Shown here piece by piece: positions 38,701 through 49,704 of a stretch of DNA of 58,733 bases. The first letter of the stretch is position 1, and every line of letters starts with the position of its first letter. A model generated the notes under the pieces. The model had not been told where the DNA came from and ran no database searches. It saw nothing but the letters and a program-made list of their open reading frames with translations. This stretch comes from a virus (taxonomy: Duplodnaviria; Caudoviricetes), in IMG/VR virus record IMGVR_UViG_3300028766_000008, positions 1-58,733 of that record; one strand, written 5' to 3'. Position numbers and translations under genes: made by a program.

Positions 38701-39564
38701 ATGTCAGATAATTCCACTTCTTCCAATTCCCACAACTACGAAGCCATTGCCAAAGAAACCTTGACGCAATCAGGCAAGCTTTGCGCCGCTTATCGTTACT
38801 TCCACCGCTATTCAATCGGTAATCAGTTCTTAGCGATCATGCAGCTTGCACAAGCCGAACCGATTAACACTTATAACGGGTGGAAAGAATTAGGTCGCCA
38901 AGTTAAAAAAGGCTCGAAGGCCATCGCGTTGCTAATGCCTTGCGTGTCGAAGGACAAAGTTTCGGGCGAAGTTAACGGCATGTTCTTCATTCGCCGGAAT
39001 AACTGGTTCGGATTGAGCCAGACCGAAGGCGATGACTATGTTATGCCGGAAACGCCAAGCTTTGATATGGCAAACGCACTTGTCGGGCTAGGCATAACAA
39101 CCGAGCATTTTTCAACGGTCAATGGCAACGCGCAGGGATACGCAAAGCCGAATGCAAAAACAATCGCCGTTAGCGCACTGGCAGCTAATCCCCTTAAAAC
39201 CCACTTGCACGAAATCGCGCACTGTTTGCTACATGCCGATGATGTTTTGCTTGCCGACAGCGCCGAACTTCCCAACACCGTTATCGAAGTAGAGGCCGAG
39301 CTAACCGCTTATGTCGTGCTTTCCGTTCTTGGCATCACCGAAGGGCTGGAATACTCGCGCGGTTATATCGCCAACTGGAACAGCGGCAACGCAGGGGAAA
39401 AGGTACGGTATGGGAAGGTATTTAGCGCCGTGGACGCGATATTGAAGGCGAGGCCGCATGAAATACGCTCTACAACGCGCCCCAATGCCGCATCGTTTCC
39501 TCGTGATAGATACGAGCACCCGCGAGACGGTAGGAGCAGGGCTGACCATCCTGCAAGCTTATGA
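38701..39564 (+). CDS. ArdC-like ssDNA-binding/metallopeptidase protein
   Basis: YSIGNQFL, TYNGWKELGRQVKKGSKA, HEIAH (HExxH), EVEAE. Confidence 0.8.
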   Translation: MSDNSTSSNSHNYEAIAKETLTQSGKLCAAYRYFHRYSIGNQFLAIMQLAQAEPINTYNGWKELGRQVKKGSKAIALLMPCVSKDKVSGEVNGMFFIRRNNWFGLSQTEGDDYVMPETPSFDMANALVGLGITTEHFSTVNGNAQGYAKPNAKTIAVSALAANPLKTHLHEIAHCLLHADDVLLADSAELPNTVIEVEAELTAYVVLSVLGITEGLEYSRGYIANWNSGNAGEKVRYGKVFSAVDAILKARPHEIRSTTRPNAASFPRDRYEHPRDGRSRADHPASL

Positions 39565-40334
39565 GCTGGCTACGATGTTGAACTTACGTTCTCTTAAACT
39601 TGAACATGGAAAGGCGGCTTAAAATGACCAGAACATGCAAAGCAATACCCCTAACGATTGATACCGCCGCTGCCTATATCGTGGGATTAATTAAAAACCA
39701 CAACCTGGCATTCACAGGTGGCTATGGCATTGATTGCGACATGGGCGTTGAAAGCTGGGGCGATATTTACCAAGGCAACGGCAAACACGTTGAGCTTAAC
39801 TATCAACGCAAGGGCGGTCATGTTGTCGTAACGGCTTTTGAAACAACGGTGACGGCATGAAACGCTTTATCATCATGATGCAACTAAGCGAAGATAACGA
39901 AACACCGCTTTATTTTCCTTGCGATGCCGATGACGCTGACCATGCGGAAGAACAGGCTTTAGACGCCTATCCAGGCTGGCATTGCGTAACAATCTATCAG
40001 GAGGTCTAGCCATGCTTATTCAATTACCGAATGACGCCAAACTTACCGGGGTTAAGCAAACAAAGCCCTTCACGTTCGAACAAGTTTTCAAAAGTGAAAG
40101 CGCCTCTTTTATCGGGACAGAAAAAGAGTTTTTGACCGCTGGCAAAGCCTATAGCTACGTCTCGCTTGATAAATTCACTCGCTTACAGGTGCAATCATGA
40201 TTGAAGTCACAGAATGCGAAGAAATTGGCAATACGTATCCGCCTTGTAAAACGTTTATCGAAGCTTGCGCCACATTGGAAAAGCTTAACCCGGACTGGCG
40301 GGAGTTTTGGACAATTCAGCAACGCGACAATATC

Positions 40335-40687
40335 GCCGAAAGCATGGTGCAATCATGACTTGGCTTACCAATAACCCCGAAACTGCGGCCAAGCTAAACG
40401 CCGCTGATAAAGCTTACAACAAAGCTCGCGCTGACGCCTTTCATCTTAGCCTTGAACAAAAGGTTGACCTATCCCACCTTCGCGCAATCGAAGCCAGATT
40501 AAACCGCGAAAAAACACGCTTGTTTCATGCCGTGAACGAAAAAGAGCGAGTGTTTCGGGAAACACAAGTTAAACAAGCTCAAAAAGAACTGGACGGGGAA
40601 AAGAAGTTTCTTGCCAAAAAGGGCATTGTTATCCCTGAAGAAATCGAAATGAGCGATGATGAATTGTTGAGGGAGTTAATGTCATGA
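40335..40687 (+). CDS. Hypothetical protein; C-terminal part paralogous to 55464..55688
   Basis: DLSHLRAIE...GEKKFL...MSDDELL; start approximate (MTWLT). Confidence 0.6.
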
Positions 40688-40838
40688 CCATGCTCACATG
40701 CAAAGAATGCGGCATATGGCTAGATCACGAACTAGCCCACGCAACATCGGTTAACAAAGACTACCCGTATTGCGACGAGTGCATATGGTTAGCGCAGGAG
40801 CAGGAAGAAATGGACAACGGGCAATTCGGGGTGGGCGC

Positions 40839-41045
40839 ATGATAATCCAAGAAGATTGGCAAACAATGGATACAGCACCACGGGACGGCAAGCCTTTTCT
40901 TGTCTATGGAAAGGGACTTTATGCGATTTATAGGTGGGAACAAGAACTTGGACATTTTGAGAATGAAGGAGATTCATATCTTGATTGGCATAAAGCTAGA
41001 GGTTGGATGACTTTACCCAAAATGCCAGATAGAGGGGATTTATGA
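40839..41045 (+). CDS. DUF551-like protein
   Basis: WQTMDTAPRDG...WMTLP. Confidence 0.6.
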   Translation: MIIQEDWQTMDTAPRDGKPFLVYGKGLYAIYRWEQELGHFENEGDSYLDWHKARGWMTLPKMPDRGDL

Positions 41046-41398
41046 CCGCCTTTTCCTTCAAACCCATATTCGTGCCTAAAATCCTCGCTGGCGAAAAGCT
41101 ATCGACTATTCGTTCGACCAAGCGTTGCGAGGTTGGCGACACGATGCAGCTATACACGGGGTTGCGCACTAAGAAATGCCGTAAGCTCATGGACGCGCTT
41201 TGCATTGGTGTCGCGCCAATTATGATCCGTGAGCCTGACATATGGGCAATTATTGGCAAGATCGAAGGCAATATCCATCCAGCCAGTGTTTTACATATTC
41301 AAGAAGGTTTTAAGAACGCGCAAGATTTCTTGGAGTTCTTTCGCCACGAATACGGATTGCCCTATCGCGGCTGGATACATGCATGGTTGCCGAAATGA
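41042..41398 (+). CDS. ASCH/PUA-domain protein
   Basis: FKPIFVPKILAGEKLSTIR...VGD GxKxxTxR motif. Confidence 0.7.
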   Translation: MTAFSFKPIFVPKILAGEKLSTIRSTKRCEVGDTMQLYTGLRTKKCRKLMDALCIGVAPIMIREPDIWAIIGKIEGNIHPASVLHIQEGFKNAQDFLEFFRHEYGLPYRGWIHAWLPK

Positions 41399-42049
41399 GA
41401 GAAATTCACAAGCTAACTAACATTGATAACCCATATGAAGGTACTGAACCGCCTGATCTTTTAACACTTATGATTAAGTGCCAAGATTATGTCGTGCTAG
41501 GCATACCGTACAAGAAAAACAGAAGCGCACGATTGCAGAAGAAAATGCGAAAGATTGTTAGGGGAATGAATGAGTAACCACCCATCACGATCCCGCCGCA
41601 AACGGAACGCTTTAAGGTTTCGCCTATACGCAGCAGACGGGCGCATTCTTGGCGTATATTCGCGCCGGTATCTAGCCGAGCGTGAACAGGCTTTGCATAA
41701 TGGCTCGGTTTTGAAAGTGGAGGGCGGAAGTGGAGGGCGGGAAATGACTGACCACATGAGTCTCTTGCACTGGACACACGAACAACTTGACGCAGAACTA
41801 GAGCGTGATAATCCTAGCGAAGCCGTGATCGTCGCGTGCCGAATCGCCATTAAAAAGCTAGAGGACGGAGGACATGCAAAAACCTTCGCAGAAATGAGCC
41901 AGCCGAACGATGATTAACCCACATAAGCACTTCATTATCAAATGTGACCGTTGTTATACGGTTATTGCCCAGTGCAGATGCTTCGATAGTTACCGCACAT
42001 TGAAATGGGAAAGGTGCGAGAATTGCAAACAGCCTAGCTTGGCGCAAAT

Positions 42050-42502
42050 GTGCATAGACCCACGCGAGTCGGAATGATCGAACGGCGCAGCGGGAGAGAA
42101 CGACGAGCGTTTAAATCCCTGATCGTTAACCGCGCCAACTATAACTGGCATGGTGCTAACAATGTACGCAGGTCAGAGCGCCGCGCATACGTTGAACCTC
42201 CTATAACTTGCGTACTACCGCAGCCCGAACAACCGCCAATCCGCGAGTTTGCGCCACGCAAACAGATACGACAAACCATAACGCAGCTAATCCGCGACCA
42301 CTTGCCAGACTTTTGCTGGATGACCGCGCACGAAGTTCTAGCGGTTATTCAGCAGCTTGATGATACTGTACAATCGAAAAACGTACATATGGCACTCATG
42401 AAGCTTGCTCGAAAAGGTGAGATCGAGCTAAGACAGTGCCGCCAAAATATGAAGCGAAATGGCAAGCGCGTGGTTTTTGAATACAAGGCAATTTCCTCTT
42501 GA
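42050..42502 (+). CDS. Protein with C-terminal winged-HTH-like region
   Basis: MTAHEV...VHMALMKLARKGEI. Confidence 0.45.
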   Translation: MHRPTRVGMIERRSGRERRAFKSLIVNRANYNWHGANNVRRSERRAYVEPPITCVLPQPEQPPIREFAPRKQIRQTITQLIRDHLPDFCWMTAHEVLAVIQQLDDTVQSKNVHMALMKLARKGEIELRQCRQNMKRNGKRVVFEYKAISS

Positions 42503-42653
42503 CACAAATGGTTGACGGACAATCAGGTTATCACACTACCCAATGACGATAAAAACAAAAAATCATTCCGTATAAGAAATAAATAATGTTTTTGACCAAA
42601 GGAAAGAATTGGATATATATTGAGCGTAGAACCCCGCCAGTTGAAAGTTCCCC

Positions 42654-42833
42654 ATGTATATTCCGATTAGCGTTAGTGAAGCCGTTGAATTAGTCGCAAA
42701 ACGTGCCAAAAAGCTTAAAATATCGGTTTCTGTTCTCTGCACTCAGGCAGGTGTTTCGCCAGCTACTATCACACGCTGGAAAACCCGCAACAAATCTTAC
42801 AAAGTTTCGACATTCCTGCGCCTCATGAAATAG
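42654..42833 (+). CDS. Cro-like HTH protein (59 aa, not in ORF track)
   Basis: MYIPISVSEAVELVAKRAKKLKISVSVLCTQAGVSPATITRWK...; TTGACC and AT-rich -10 upstream. Confidence 0.7.
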   Translation: MYIPISVSEAVELVAKRAKKLKISVSVLCTQAGVSPATITRWKTRNKSYKVSTFLRLMK

Positions 42834-42842
42834 GGGCGAGGT

Positions 42843-44198
42843 ATGGCAAAAACATCCAGTGCTAGGACTATCGCGCTTAATGATATGAACAAACGGTTTG
42901 CCGTTGTTTGCATCGGCGGCCTTGTGCGGATTGCAGATTTTTCGCAGGATATTCCGCGTTATTTGTCGGTTAATGACTTCAAAACCCTACTGGACAACAT
43001 ATTCGTTGAAGAAGAAGCGCCGACCACAGAGGAAGAAGAATCAAAAAAGCCAAGCAGAAAGAAGATAGCTTCTTCATGGCTATCATGGAAACAGCGCAGA
43101 CAATATGAATCGGTGGATTTTGCGCCGAATATTGAGCTGGACAGCAGTTCATACAACCTATGGAGGGGCTTCAAATTTGAGCCAAAAGAGGGCGGGAAAT
43201 TTGATTTATTTCTCGATCACGTCAAGACAAATATATGCAGCGGGGAGGATTACCTTTATTCGTGGGTGCTAGACTGGCTTGCTGACATGTTCCAACGTCC
43301 AGAACGTAAAAACGGGGTTGCTCTTGTGCTAAGAAGTTCAGCAGAGGGCACGGGTAAGGGCCGATTCGCTACCACAGTATCAAACCTTATCAACCAAGCT
43401 AATTACGTCCACATCTTGCAATCACAACAGCTTGTGGGAAAATTCAACGCACAATTGCAATACAAACTTTTAGCCTTTGTTGACGAGGCTTTTTGGGGCG
43501 GCGATCAGCAAGCAAAGGGCGCTTTGTATGGCATGATAACTGAACCTTATTTGAACATCGAAGGGAAAAACAAGGACGCCGATTTTAAACGCAGCTATAT
43601 CCGCTTTATCATGGCCACTAATTCGACGTGGGCAGTACCAGCTAATGCCACAGCACGGCGATTTTGCGTTCTGGACGTAGCGGAAAACGCAATAAGAAAC
43701 CGCCCCTATTTCGCAGCAATCGAAAAGCAACTAACCGACGATAACAATGCCGGATATAAGGCTTTACTGAGTTTCTTTTTAAATAGAAAATATGACGAAA
43801 ATATTTTTTCGGATGTTCCTAAAACAAACGCTCTTTTAGATCAAAAACTCAACGGCATAGCAGACGAATTAAAATGGTGGCACGAGGTATTATTGACGCG
43901 CCGTATAGGGGCAGCAAATCCGTGGGACACAAATCCGCTTAACCCAACGATAGGATGTAATGAGTTCTTTGAAGCCTATATAAAATGGGGCGAACAGGCG
44001 AGAGTTAAGCACCCAAAAACTTCTATATGGCTGGCGAGGAATATCAACGAATACGCCGGACTTGAGAAAAACGAGCTTAGACTAACACGTAAACAGGAGT
44101 CTTCTAATGGATCGACCTACTATGCGTTGGATAGGATAGAATATTACCGCGCTGCCTTCGAGGAAAGACTGAATCAACCCATAGATTGGGAGGAATAA
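42843..44198 (+). CDS. SF3/D5-like helicase (DUF5906-like), no primase domain evident
   Basis: Walker A EGTGKG, Walker B FVDEA, MATN motif C, RRF. Confidence 0.85.
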   Translation: MAKTSSARTIALNDMNKRFAVVCIGGLVRIADFSQDIPRYLSVNDFKTLLDNIFVEEEAPTTEEEESKKPSRKKIASSWLSWKQRRQYESVDFAPNIELDSSSYNLWRGFKFEPKEGGKFDLFLDHVKTNICSGEDYLYSWVLDWLADMFQRPERKNGVALVLRSSAEGTGKGRFATTVSNLINQANYVHILQSQQLVGKFNAQLQYKLLAFVDEAFWGGDQQAKGALYGMITEPYLNIEGKNKDADFKRSYIRFIMATNSTWAVPANATARRFCVLDVAENAIRNRPYFAAIEKQLTDDNNAGYKALLSFFLNRKYDENIFSDVPKTNALLDQKLNGIADELKWWHEVLLTRRIGAANPWDTNPLNPTIGCNEFFEAYIKWGEQARVKHPKTSIWLARNINEYAGLEKNELRLTRKQESSNGSTYYALDRIEYYRAAFEERLNQPIDWEE

Positions 44199-44201
44199 AG
44201 C

Positions 44202-45209
44202 ATGTTGTGTGATGAACTTTACGAGAGCCATACTGGAAAAGTAGGGGCATATTTCAAATATGACAAGGAAGGAATTGGCTCCTTATGCAGGAAGTTCATA
44301 GAAGCTCATAAATTTGTTGTGAGCGACGATGCTTACGAAATGGCTCGACACATTAGAGAGCAGAAACCATCATCAATGCTAGAAAGTATGAATTTCGCAA
44401 GGCCACCGTTCCCCCTAACGTGGATTGAGTATAGTTCATCGGCAAAACGCGACAGTAATATAGATGATCTACGCACAGAGGCCGAAGCACCCAGAACAAA
44501 GAAAATAGGGTTTCTGGTAGAAGAAAAGAGCGAAAATGAATTGCTTATTTCGATGGGGTATTCTTTTAGAGATTCATCTTTGCCGCCGATTATGAGCATT
44601 CTTTCTTATGTTTACGACAAAAAGAAAGGGGCGGAAATGATGGAAGAACTTATTAACCTGGGATCTGGCATAAAGGTAGATCCAAGTACGTATATGAAAG
44701 CACAGGATGCAAAGATTTCCGAATGGGTAGAAACATTATCTTCGCACGAATTGGAAGCAGCGAAAAAAATTGGGGAAATGTTTGTACCTTTCCCATTCCC
44801 GCATTACATGAATACAATGTATGAAGGAGGAAAACTCGATCAAAAGATAATGGTTCAGTCTATGCAATCCGCAGCCGCAGATTGGATTGGAGAAACATTG
44901 TTTCCTCAATTGTTTTTTATCCTTATGAACTGTAAAAACGCAGTAGAAATCCAAGATCACGAAAATATTGAAGCTTTAAATAAGAAAAGAATCCGCAACG
45001 GAAAGCTGGCATTATTTGATCATAAAACTATTGTATTAACCAACAAGTTAAAGGCAGCAATTAGAGAGGACGGCGAAACAGACGAGCATGTAAGAATGCA
45101 CTGGCGAAGAGGGCACTTTAAAATTAGAAAAACTGGCGTGTATTGGTGGAGTCCGCACTTAGCCGGACGTAAAGAACTGGGAATGATCGAAAAGGATTAT
45201 GTATTATGA
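44202..45209 (+). CDS. Hypothetical phage protein
   Basis: RPPFPLTWIE and C-terminal HWRRGHF motif. Confidence 0.65.
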   Translation: MLCDELYESHTGKVGAYFKYDKEGIGSLCRKFIEAHKFVVSDDAYEMARHIREQKPSSMLESMNFARPPFPLTWIEYSSSAKRDSNIDDLRTEAEAPRTKKIGFLVEEKSENELLISMGYSFRDSSLPPIMSILSYVYDKKKGAEMMEELINLGSGIKVDPSTYMKAQDAKISEWVETLSSHELEAAKKIGEMFVPFPFPHYMNTMYEGGKLDQKIMVQSMQSAAADWIGETLFPQLFFILMNCKNAVEIQDHENIEALNKKRIRNGKLALFDHKTIVLTNKLKAAIREDGETDEHVRMHWRRGHFKIRKTGVYWWSPHLAGRKELGMIEKDYVL

Positions 45210-45529
45210 AACCATCCGAAGCACTTCATGCTTTACAGCCATGTTCTTTAAAATTATGGCAAGAGCAGCGCATGAAAACAGAAACAAACCGCGTATCGTT
45301 GATGCTGGCCGACCCGAAGGAAATCGACCTGTACCTAGACGGAGCTTCAAATTACATGTTTGACGGAAGTTTCTGGGAACAGCAGCACCTGTATCACCTG
45401 TTCTGTTTCCTGTGCTGGAATAGGTCAAAACGCGAACCAGAGGGGCTATTAAAACGCCTTCTAGCTAATGGCCGCGCAATCATCGAACGGCGCATTAACG
45501 CCGACAATTCAGACAGGATGGGGTTCTAA
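45206..45529 (+). CDS. Hypothetical protein
   Basis: Overlap-coupled ORF. Confidence 0.5.
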   Translation: MKPSEALHALQPCSLKLWQEQRMKTETNRVSLMLADPKEIDLYLDGASNYMFDGSFWEQQHLYHLFCFLCWNRSKREPEGLLKRLLANGRAIIERRINADNSDRMGF

Positions 45530-46101
45530 TGGCTAAAGGGAAGTTTACACGCAACAAACCCACACTCGCCGCGCTACAGGCACAAATGAGAAGCCAAGCT
45601 CCAAGCGGCTGGGGTAACAAGACTTCGGCCACTCCATTAGCCTTCATGGACAAGACACCGCGAGCGCCGCGCAAACCACGAGCTCCAGGACAAAAGAACG
45701 CGCACGAGGAAAACACCACACAGGCCGCTGTCGTGCACTACCTACATCAAATGTGCCCACAGGTAACGGTTTCCGCGTCAATGAACGGTGAAATAGGTTA
45801 TATTCGGCGGTTTATGAGTATGCAGCAATTTATGGGGTTAGTAGCTCGTTTCAAAGCCAAGGGAATGCTCAAAGGCGAACTCGATCTAATGCTTACGTGG
45901 CACCCTGCTCGAATAATCTTTATCGAACTTAAAAAGGAAAAAGGCGGTGTTGTTTCGGAAGCGCAAGAACTTGTGCATAAGGCGCGAGTCGATCAAGGCT
46001 TTAAAGTCTACGTGCTAGATAACGGAATCGATGGCCTCAAGGAAATCATATCCCTAGAGGCAATCCCGTGTCGAGAGCATCATTATTCGACCCCGTTCTA
46101 A
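45529..46101 (+). CDS. VRR-NUC-like PD-(D/E)XK nuclease
   Basis: GELDL...FIELK..GG.VSEAQ...GF. Confidence 0.75.
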   Translation: MAKGKFTRNKPTLAALQAQMRSQAPSGWGNKTSATPLAFMDKTPRAPRKPRAPGQKNAHEENTTQAAVVHYLHQMCPQVTVSASMNGEIGYIRRFMSMQQFMGLVARFKAKGMLKGELDLMLTWHPARIIFIELKKEKGGVVSEAQELVHKARVDQGFKVYVLDNGIDGLKEIISLEAIPCREHHYSTPF

Positions 46102-46262
46102 CGCAACCACGTTGCCCGCATGTCCAAGTCCCCAGATACTCAGATTTCTTCAACCTATGCGCCAAAAGCAAATTCACGCCAGTTCCGAACGAGCCTTGTG
46201 CGCCGCATACGCATGGGTGGCTGAACCAGGTAGTGCCGCTTCGGTGCTTTCGGATGGAGGGG

Positions 46263-46406
46263 TTATTTCTTGAGATACTCACGGATTAGGCCACGAATAA
46301 TTTGGGAGACTTTCATGTCTTTTGACTTAGCATCGGCCTTCAAAGCCTTGTGCATATCGGATGGAATATCAACCGATAGTCCTGGTGTTTTTTTAATTCG
46401 TGACAT
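46263..46406 (-). CDS. CopG/Arc-like RHH regulator (47 aa, not in ORF track)
   Basis: MSRIKKTPGLSVDIPSDMHKALKADAKSKDMKVSQIIRGLIREYLKK. Confidence 0.75.
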   Translation of the reverse strand: MSRIKKTPGLSVDIPSDMHKALKADAKSKDMKVSQIIRGLIREYLKK

Positions 46407-46430
46407 TTGTAATTTACCCCATTTATTTTA

Positions 46431-46459
46431 TTGACGCCCCATTAATAGCATTGTAGAGT
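46431..46459 (+). promoter_or_regulatory. Sigma70-like promoter for recombination operon
   Basis: TTGACG-17-TAGAGT; a reverse TTGACA at 46465-46470 may drive the RHH gene. Confidence 0.6.
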
Positions 46460-46563
46460 GTTTTTGTCAAAGAGAGAATCAACCTTCAATTAGGAGCCAC
46501 GACATGGCGCTATCGAGTTGAATGTGGCGGAAATAATTCTTTCAAAACAAGTGGAAAAGCCAA

Positions 46564-47508
46564 ATGCCAATAATTATTAATTACGAGAGTGAGCAAGAAT
46601 GGCTTTCCCACAAGGAAAAGGCTATTACTAGCAGCGAAGTAGCCGCTCTGTTTAACGAGTCTCCATACACCACAGAATATGAGCTATTCCATCGCAAGAA
46701 AGACGGAATCTCCATCAGCATGGAGGACAATGATCGGCTTCGTTGGGGACGTAGGCTCGAAATGCCGATAGCCCACGGGTTGGCTGAAGATTATGGTTGG
46801 GAAGTTAAGCCGCTTAAAGTTTTCATGCTGCACTCGACCTGTGCTCGCTATGGATCGAGCTTTGATTTTGAAATCAGGCGGGGAAACGAAAAGGGATTAT
46901 TCGAGTTAAAGAATGTCGATTATAAAGAGTACAAAGAAAAGTGGATATCTCTTGACGACGAAATAGAAGCGCCTGTTTCTATAGAACTGCAATTACAGAG
47001 CGAGTTAGAAGTCGCCAACAGTAATAACCCAGAGCCTTACACGTTCGGAATTATTGGCGCTTTAATTGGTGGGAACAAACCCGTCATTGTTGAGCGCACC
47101 GTGGATCGTGAAATCGGCAAGCTTATTTGCGACAAGGTTTCAACATTCTGGCGCATGGTTAATATCGGCATTGAACCAACTCCTGACTTTCAGCGCGATG
47201 GTGAGATCATAAAGAGGTTGTATTCAGATACATCAGGCGAAGCTATAGACCTTTCATCAAATAATAGATTTGCATCTTTGATTGGCGAATATGGTCATCA
47301 TCAATCAATAGAATCCGTAGCCAAGAAAGCTAAAGAAGCCGCCAAAGCTGAAATGACTACAATAATGGGAAATGCCAGTACAGCCCGTTGCGGAATTGAC
47401 TGGGTGACACGTAAAACCGTAAACCGAAAAGGCTATACAGTCGCAGGTCAAAGCTACGTAGACCAACGCATTAAACTAGGAAAAGGAGGACATGACCAAC
47501 AAAGGTAG
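46564..47508 (+). CDS. YqaJ/lambda-exonuclease-like recombination nuclease
   Basis: ITSSEVAA, WGRRLE, SSFD, FELK, QLQ motifs. Confidence 0.9.
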   Translation: MPIIINYESEQEWLSHKEKAITSSEVAALFNESPYTTEYELFHRKKDGISISMEDNDRLRWGRRLEMPIAHGLAEDYGWEVKPLKVFMLHSTCARYGSSFDFEIRRGNEKGLFELKNVDYKEYKEKWISLDDEIEAPVSIELQLQSELEVANSNNPEPYTFGIIGALIGGNKPVIVERTVDREIGKLICDKVSTFWRMVNIGIEPTPDFQRDGEIIKRLYSDTSGEAIDLSSNNRFASLIGEYGHHQSIESVAKKAKEAAKAEMTTIMGNASTARCGIDWVTRKTVNRKGYTVAGQSYVDQRIKLGKGGHDQQR

Positions 47509-47683
47509 AAGGAAGAACGGAAAAGAAGAACTGATATTCTGTAAAAATGGACATGAATTGACTGGTGATAACGTAAGAATTGAAGTCACTGGTTTTAGAA
47601 GGTGCGTCAAGTGCAGAAGCGAGTACGGCTTAAAATATAGACAACACAAAAAGGATGAACAAAATGAACGAACCGCAAACTAA
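47492..47683 (+). CDS. Small Zn-finger protein
   Basis: CKNGH...RCVKC, like the C-terminus of the HNH at 49705. Confidence 0.55.
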   Translation: MTNKGRRKNGKEELIFCKNGHELTGDNVRIEVTGFRRCVKCRSEYGLKYRQHKKDEQNERTAN

Positions 47684-48590
47684 GCAAATAACCGTCATAG
47701 ATGAAGTCAGGGCAAACATTCAAAAAATGAGTGGTCAATTCGCTATGGCATTACCGAGCCACATAAGCCCTGAAAAGTTCCAGCGCGTGGCCATTACGGC
47801 CATTCAGAACAGCCCAGACTTGCTTAATGCAGATCGTCGCAGCCTGTACGCTGCTTGCATGAAACTTGCTCAAGACGGGGTTATTCCCGATGGACGTGAA
47901 GCTGCACTCGTCACATTCAGTACCAAACAAAAAGACGGCACATGGATTAAGGCAGTCCAGCCGATGATTATGGTTGCAGGTATTTTGAAAAAGATACGCC
48001 AATCAGGAGAACTCGCAACGCTCCACGCTGCGGTTGTTTATAAGAACGACCAATTCCGTTACTGGGTGGACACTGAAGGCCAGCATATCACGCACGAGCC
48101 TATTTTATTCGGAGAACGCGGAGCCGCGATAGGCGTTTATGCAATGGCTAAGACAAAGGACGGAAGCGTGTTTGTGCAACCGCTTTCATTGGCCGATGTT
48201 GAGAAAATCCGCGCAGCTTCACGTTCCAAAGACTCAGGGCCGTGGACTTCATGGTGGGAGGAAATGGCTAAGAAGTCAGCTATTCGCCGTCTTGCTAAGT
48301 ACCTGCCACAATCAACAGACGTTGAACAAGCGTTGAAAGCAGACGAAGATTTGTTTATGCCGGACTTACCAGCGAAAGATCATGCTGAAAATCAAGCTTT
48401 GCTAGAACTGGCGCAAGAAGAAGATAAGCCAAAACGCAAGTCACGACTCGACAAGGTTAAGGAAGCAGCAACGCCTGTTGTGGAAGCGGAAGAAGCTATG
48501 CCGCCCATCCCCGACAACATGCGCCGTGGACGTGACGAACAACCACCAATGCCAGAACCAGGATTATTCGAGCCAGAAGATGTAATTTAG
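47655..48590 (+). CDS. recT: RecT-family ssDNA annealing protein
   Basis: AQDG..PDGREAALV, GPW...EEMAKKSAIRRLAKYLP. Confidence 0.92.
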   Translation: MNKMNEPQTKQITVIDEVRANIQKMSGQFAMALPSHISPEKFQRVAITAIQNSPDLLNADRRSLYAACMKLAQDGVIPDGREAALVTFSTKQKDGTWIKAVQPMIMVAGILKKIRQSGELATLHAAVVYKNDQFRYWVDTEGQHITHEPILFGERGAAIGVYAMAKTKDGSVFVQPLSLADVEKIRAASRSKDSGPWTSWWEEMAKKSAIRRLAKYLPQSTDVEQALKADEDLFMPDLPAKDHAENQALLELAQEEDKPKRKSRLDKVKEAATPVVEAEEAMPPIPDNMRRGRDEQPPMPEPGLFEPEDVI

Positions 48591-49082
48591 GAATCCTCGC
48601 GCCAAGGTAACGAGTAGAGCATGGCGCTGGCAGCACGGAATTAGACGGCAATTATTTGGAGGGAAGATGAAACCCAGCACCGACCTTATTCTTTGGCAAA
48701 ATCTAGGCCAAAACTGCCATCATCTGACAAAATACATTTATGAACGATCTGTAAATAAAAAAACCGTTCCTAAATGGTACTATGAACATGAGATAGAGAA
48801 AAGATATGCGCGTAAAACCCTACAAGCCCCGCCTACCGCATCCGAACCCCAAAATAGGCGAATACTGGATTGTTGAATATCACGGCAAACGCGAGGTTAT
48901 GAAGCTGGCCATGCGCACGAATCCGCAATGGTATCGCTGTGAACATCATGACGCTGTATTTGATGTAAAGCCAGTTAAACGGGTTAACATTTAGTTAATT
49001 ATATATCCGCTGGCGAAACGAATTATTGCATTGACTATCGTTGTACACTGTGCAACAATCATAATCATAGAACGGAGCTAAC

Positions 49083-49223
49083 ATGAAGATCAAGAATATC
49101 CACATAGGTTTAAGAATACCGGCTGATATTCTGGCAACAATCCGCCAGAGCGCAAAGTCAAACACGCGCAGCCTATCAGCCGAAATAATCCACCGGCTCA
49201 AACAAACCATCAGGAGCAAATAG
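49083..49223 (+). CDS. Arc-family repressor (46 aa, not in ORF track)
   Basis: LRIPADILATIRQSAKSNTRSLSAEIIHRL; near-palindrome gttgtacactgtgcaac in upstream promoter region. Confidence 0.8.
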   Translation: MKIKNIHIGLRIPADILATIRQSAKSNTRSLSAEIIHRLKQTIRSK

Positions 49224-49704
49224 CCATGTCAAACGTTACGCCACTTGCACCAAAGCCACCGTTTAACGCTGAGTGCCGCAAAGCATACGCTACAGGCCGT
49301 TATATCCACGAATGGGCGGCTATCGACCAAGGCGCGCGGGAGCTTGACGAACGTGCACGCAAGGCAGTTGAGCATCTAAACCGCGCCTGTGATGTGATTA
49401 TGTTTGGCGGCAAGCTGTGAACGAGGACACCGAACAAACCTTAATGCGCCTACAGCGTAAACTTTTAAATGGAGGATATGATGATTATCTCAATAGCCAA
49501 CAAAACCCTGTTTCTTGTGTTGACCCTGTGCATACTGGCAAATTTAGGGGTTATGGTGTGGCAAACCCATTTATTCGTTCAGGTGACTTTCGGGAATCCT
49601 CCCGTTGAGCAGGTCGCGCTTGCACCAGCTTTAGACATGGCGCTTATGCAGCCGTTGCCTACGCACCCAGCGCCGCAAAAAAAGCCTAAGATTAAAGGAT
49701 AGAT

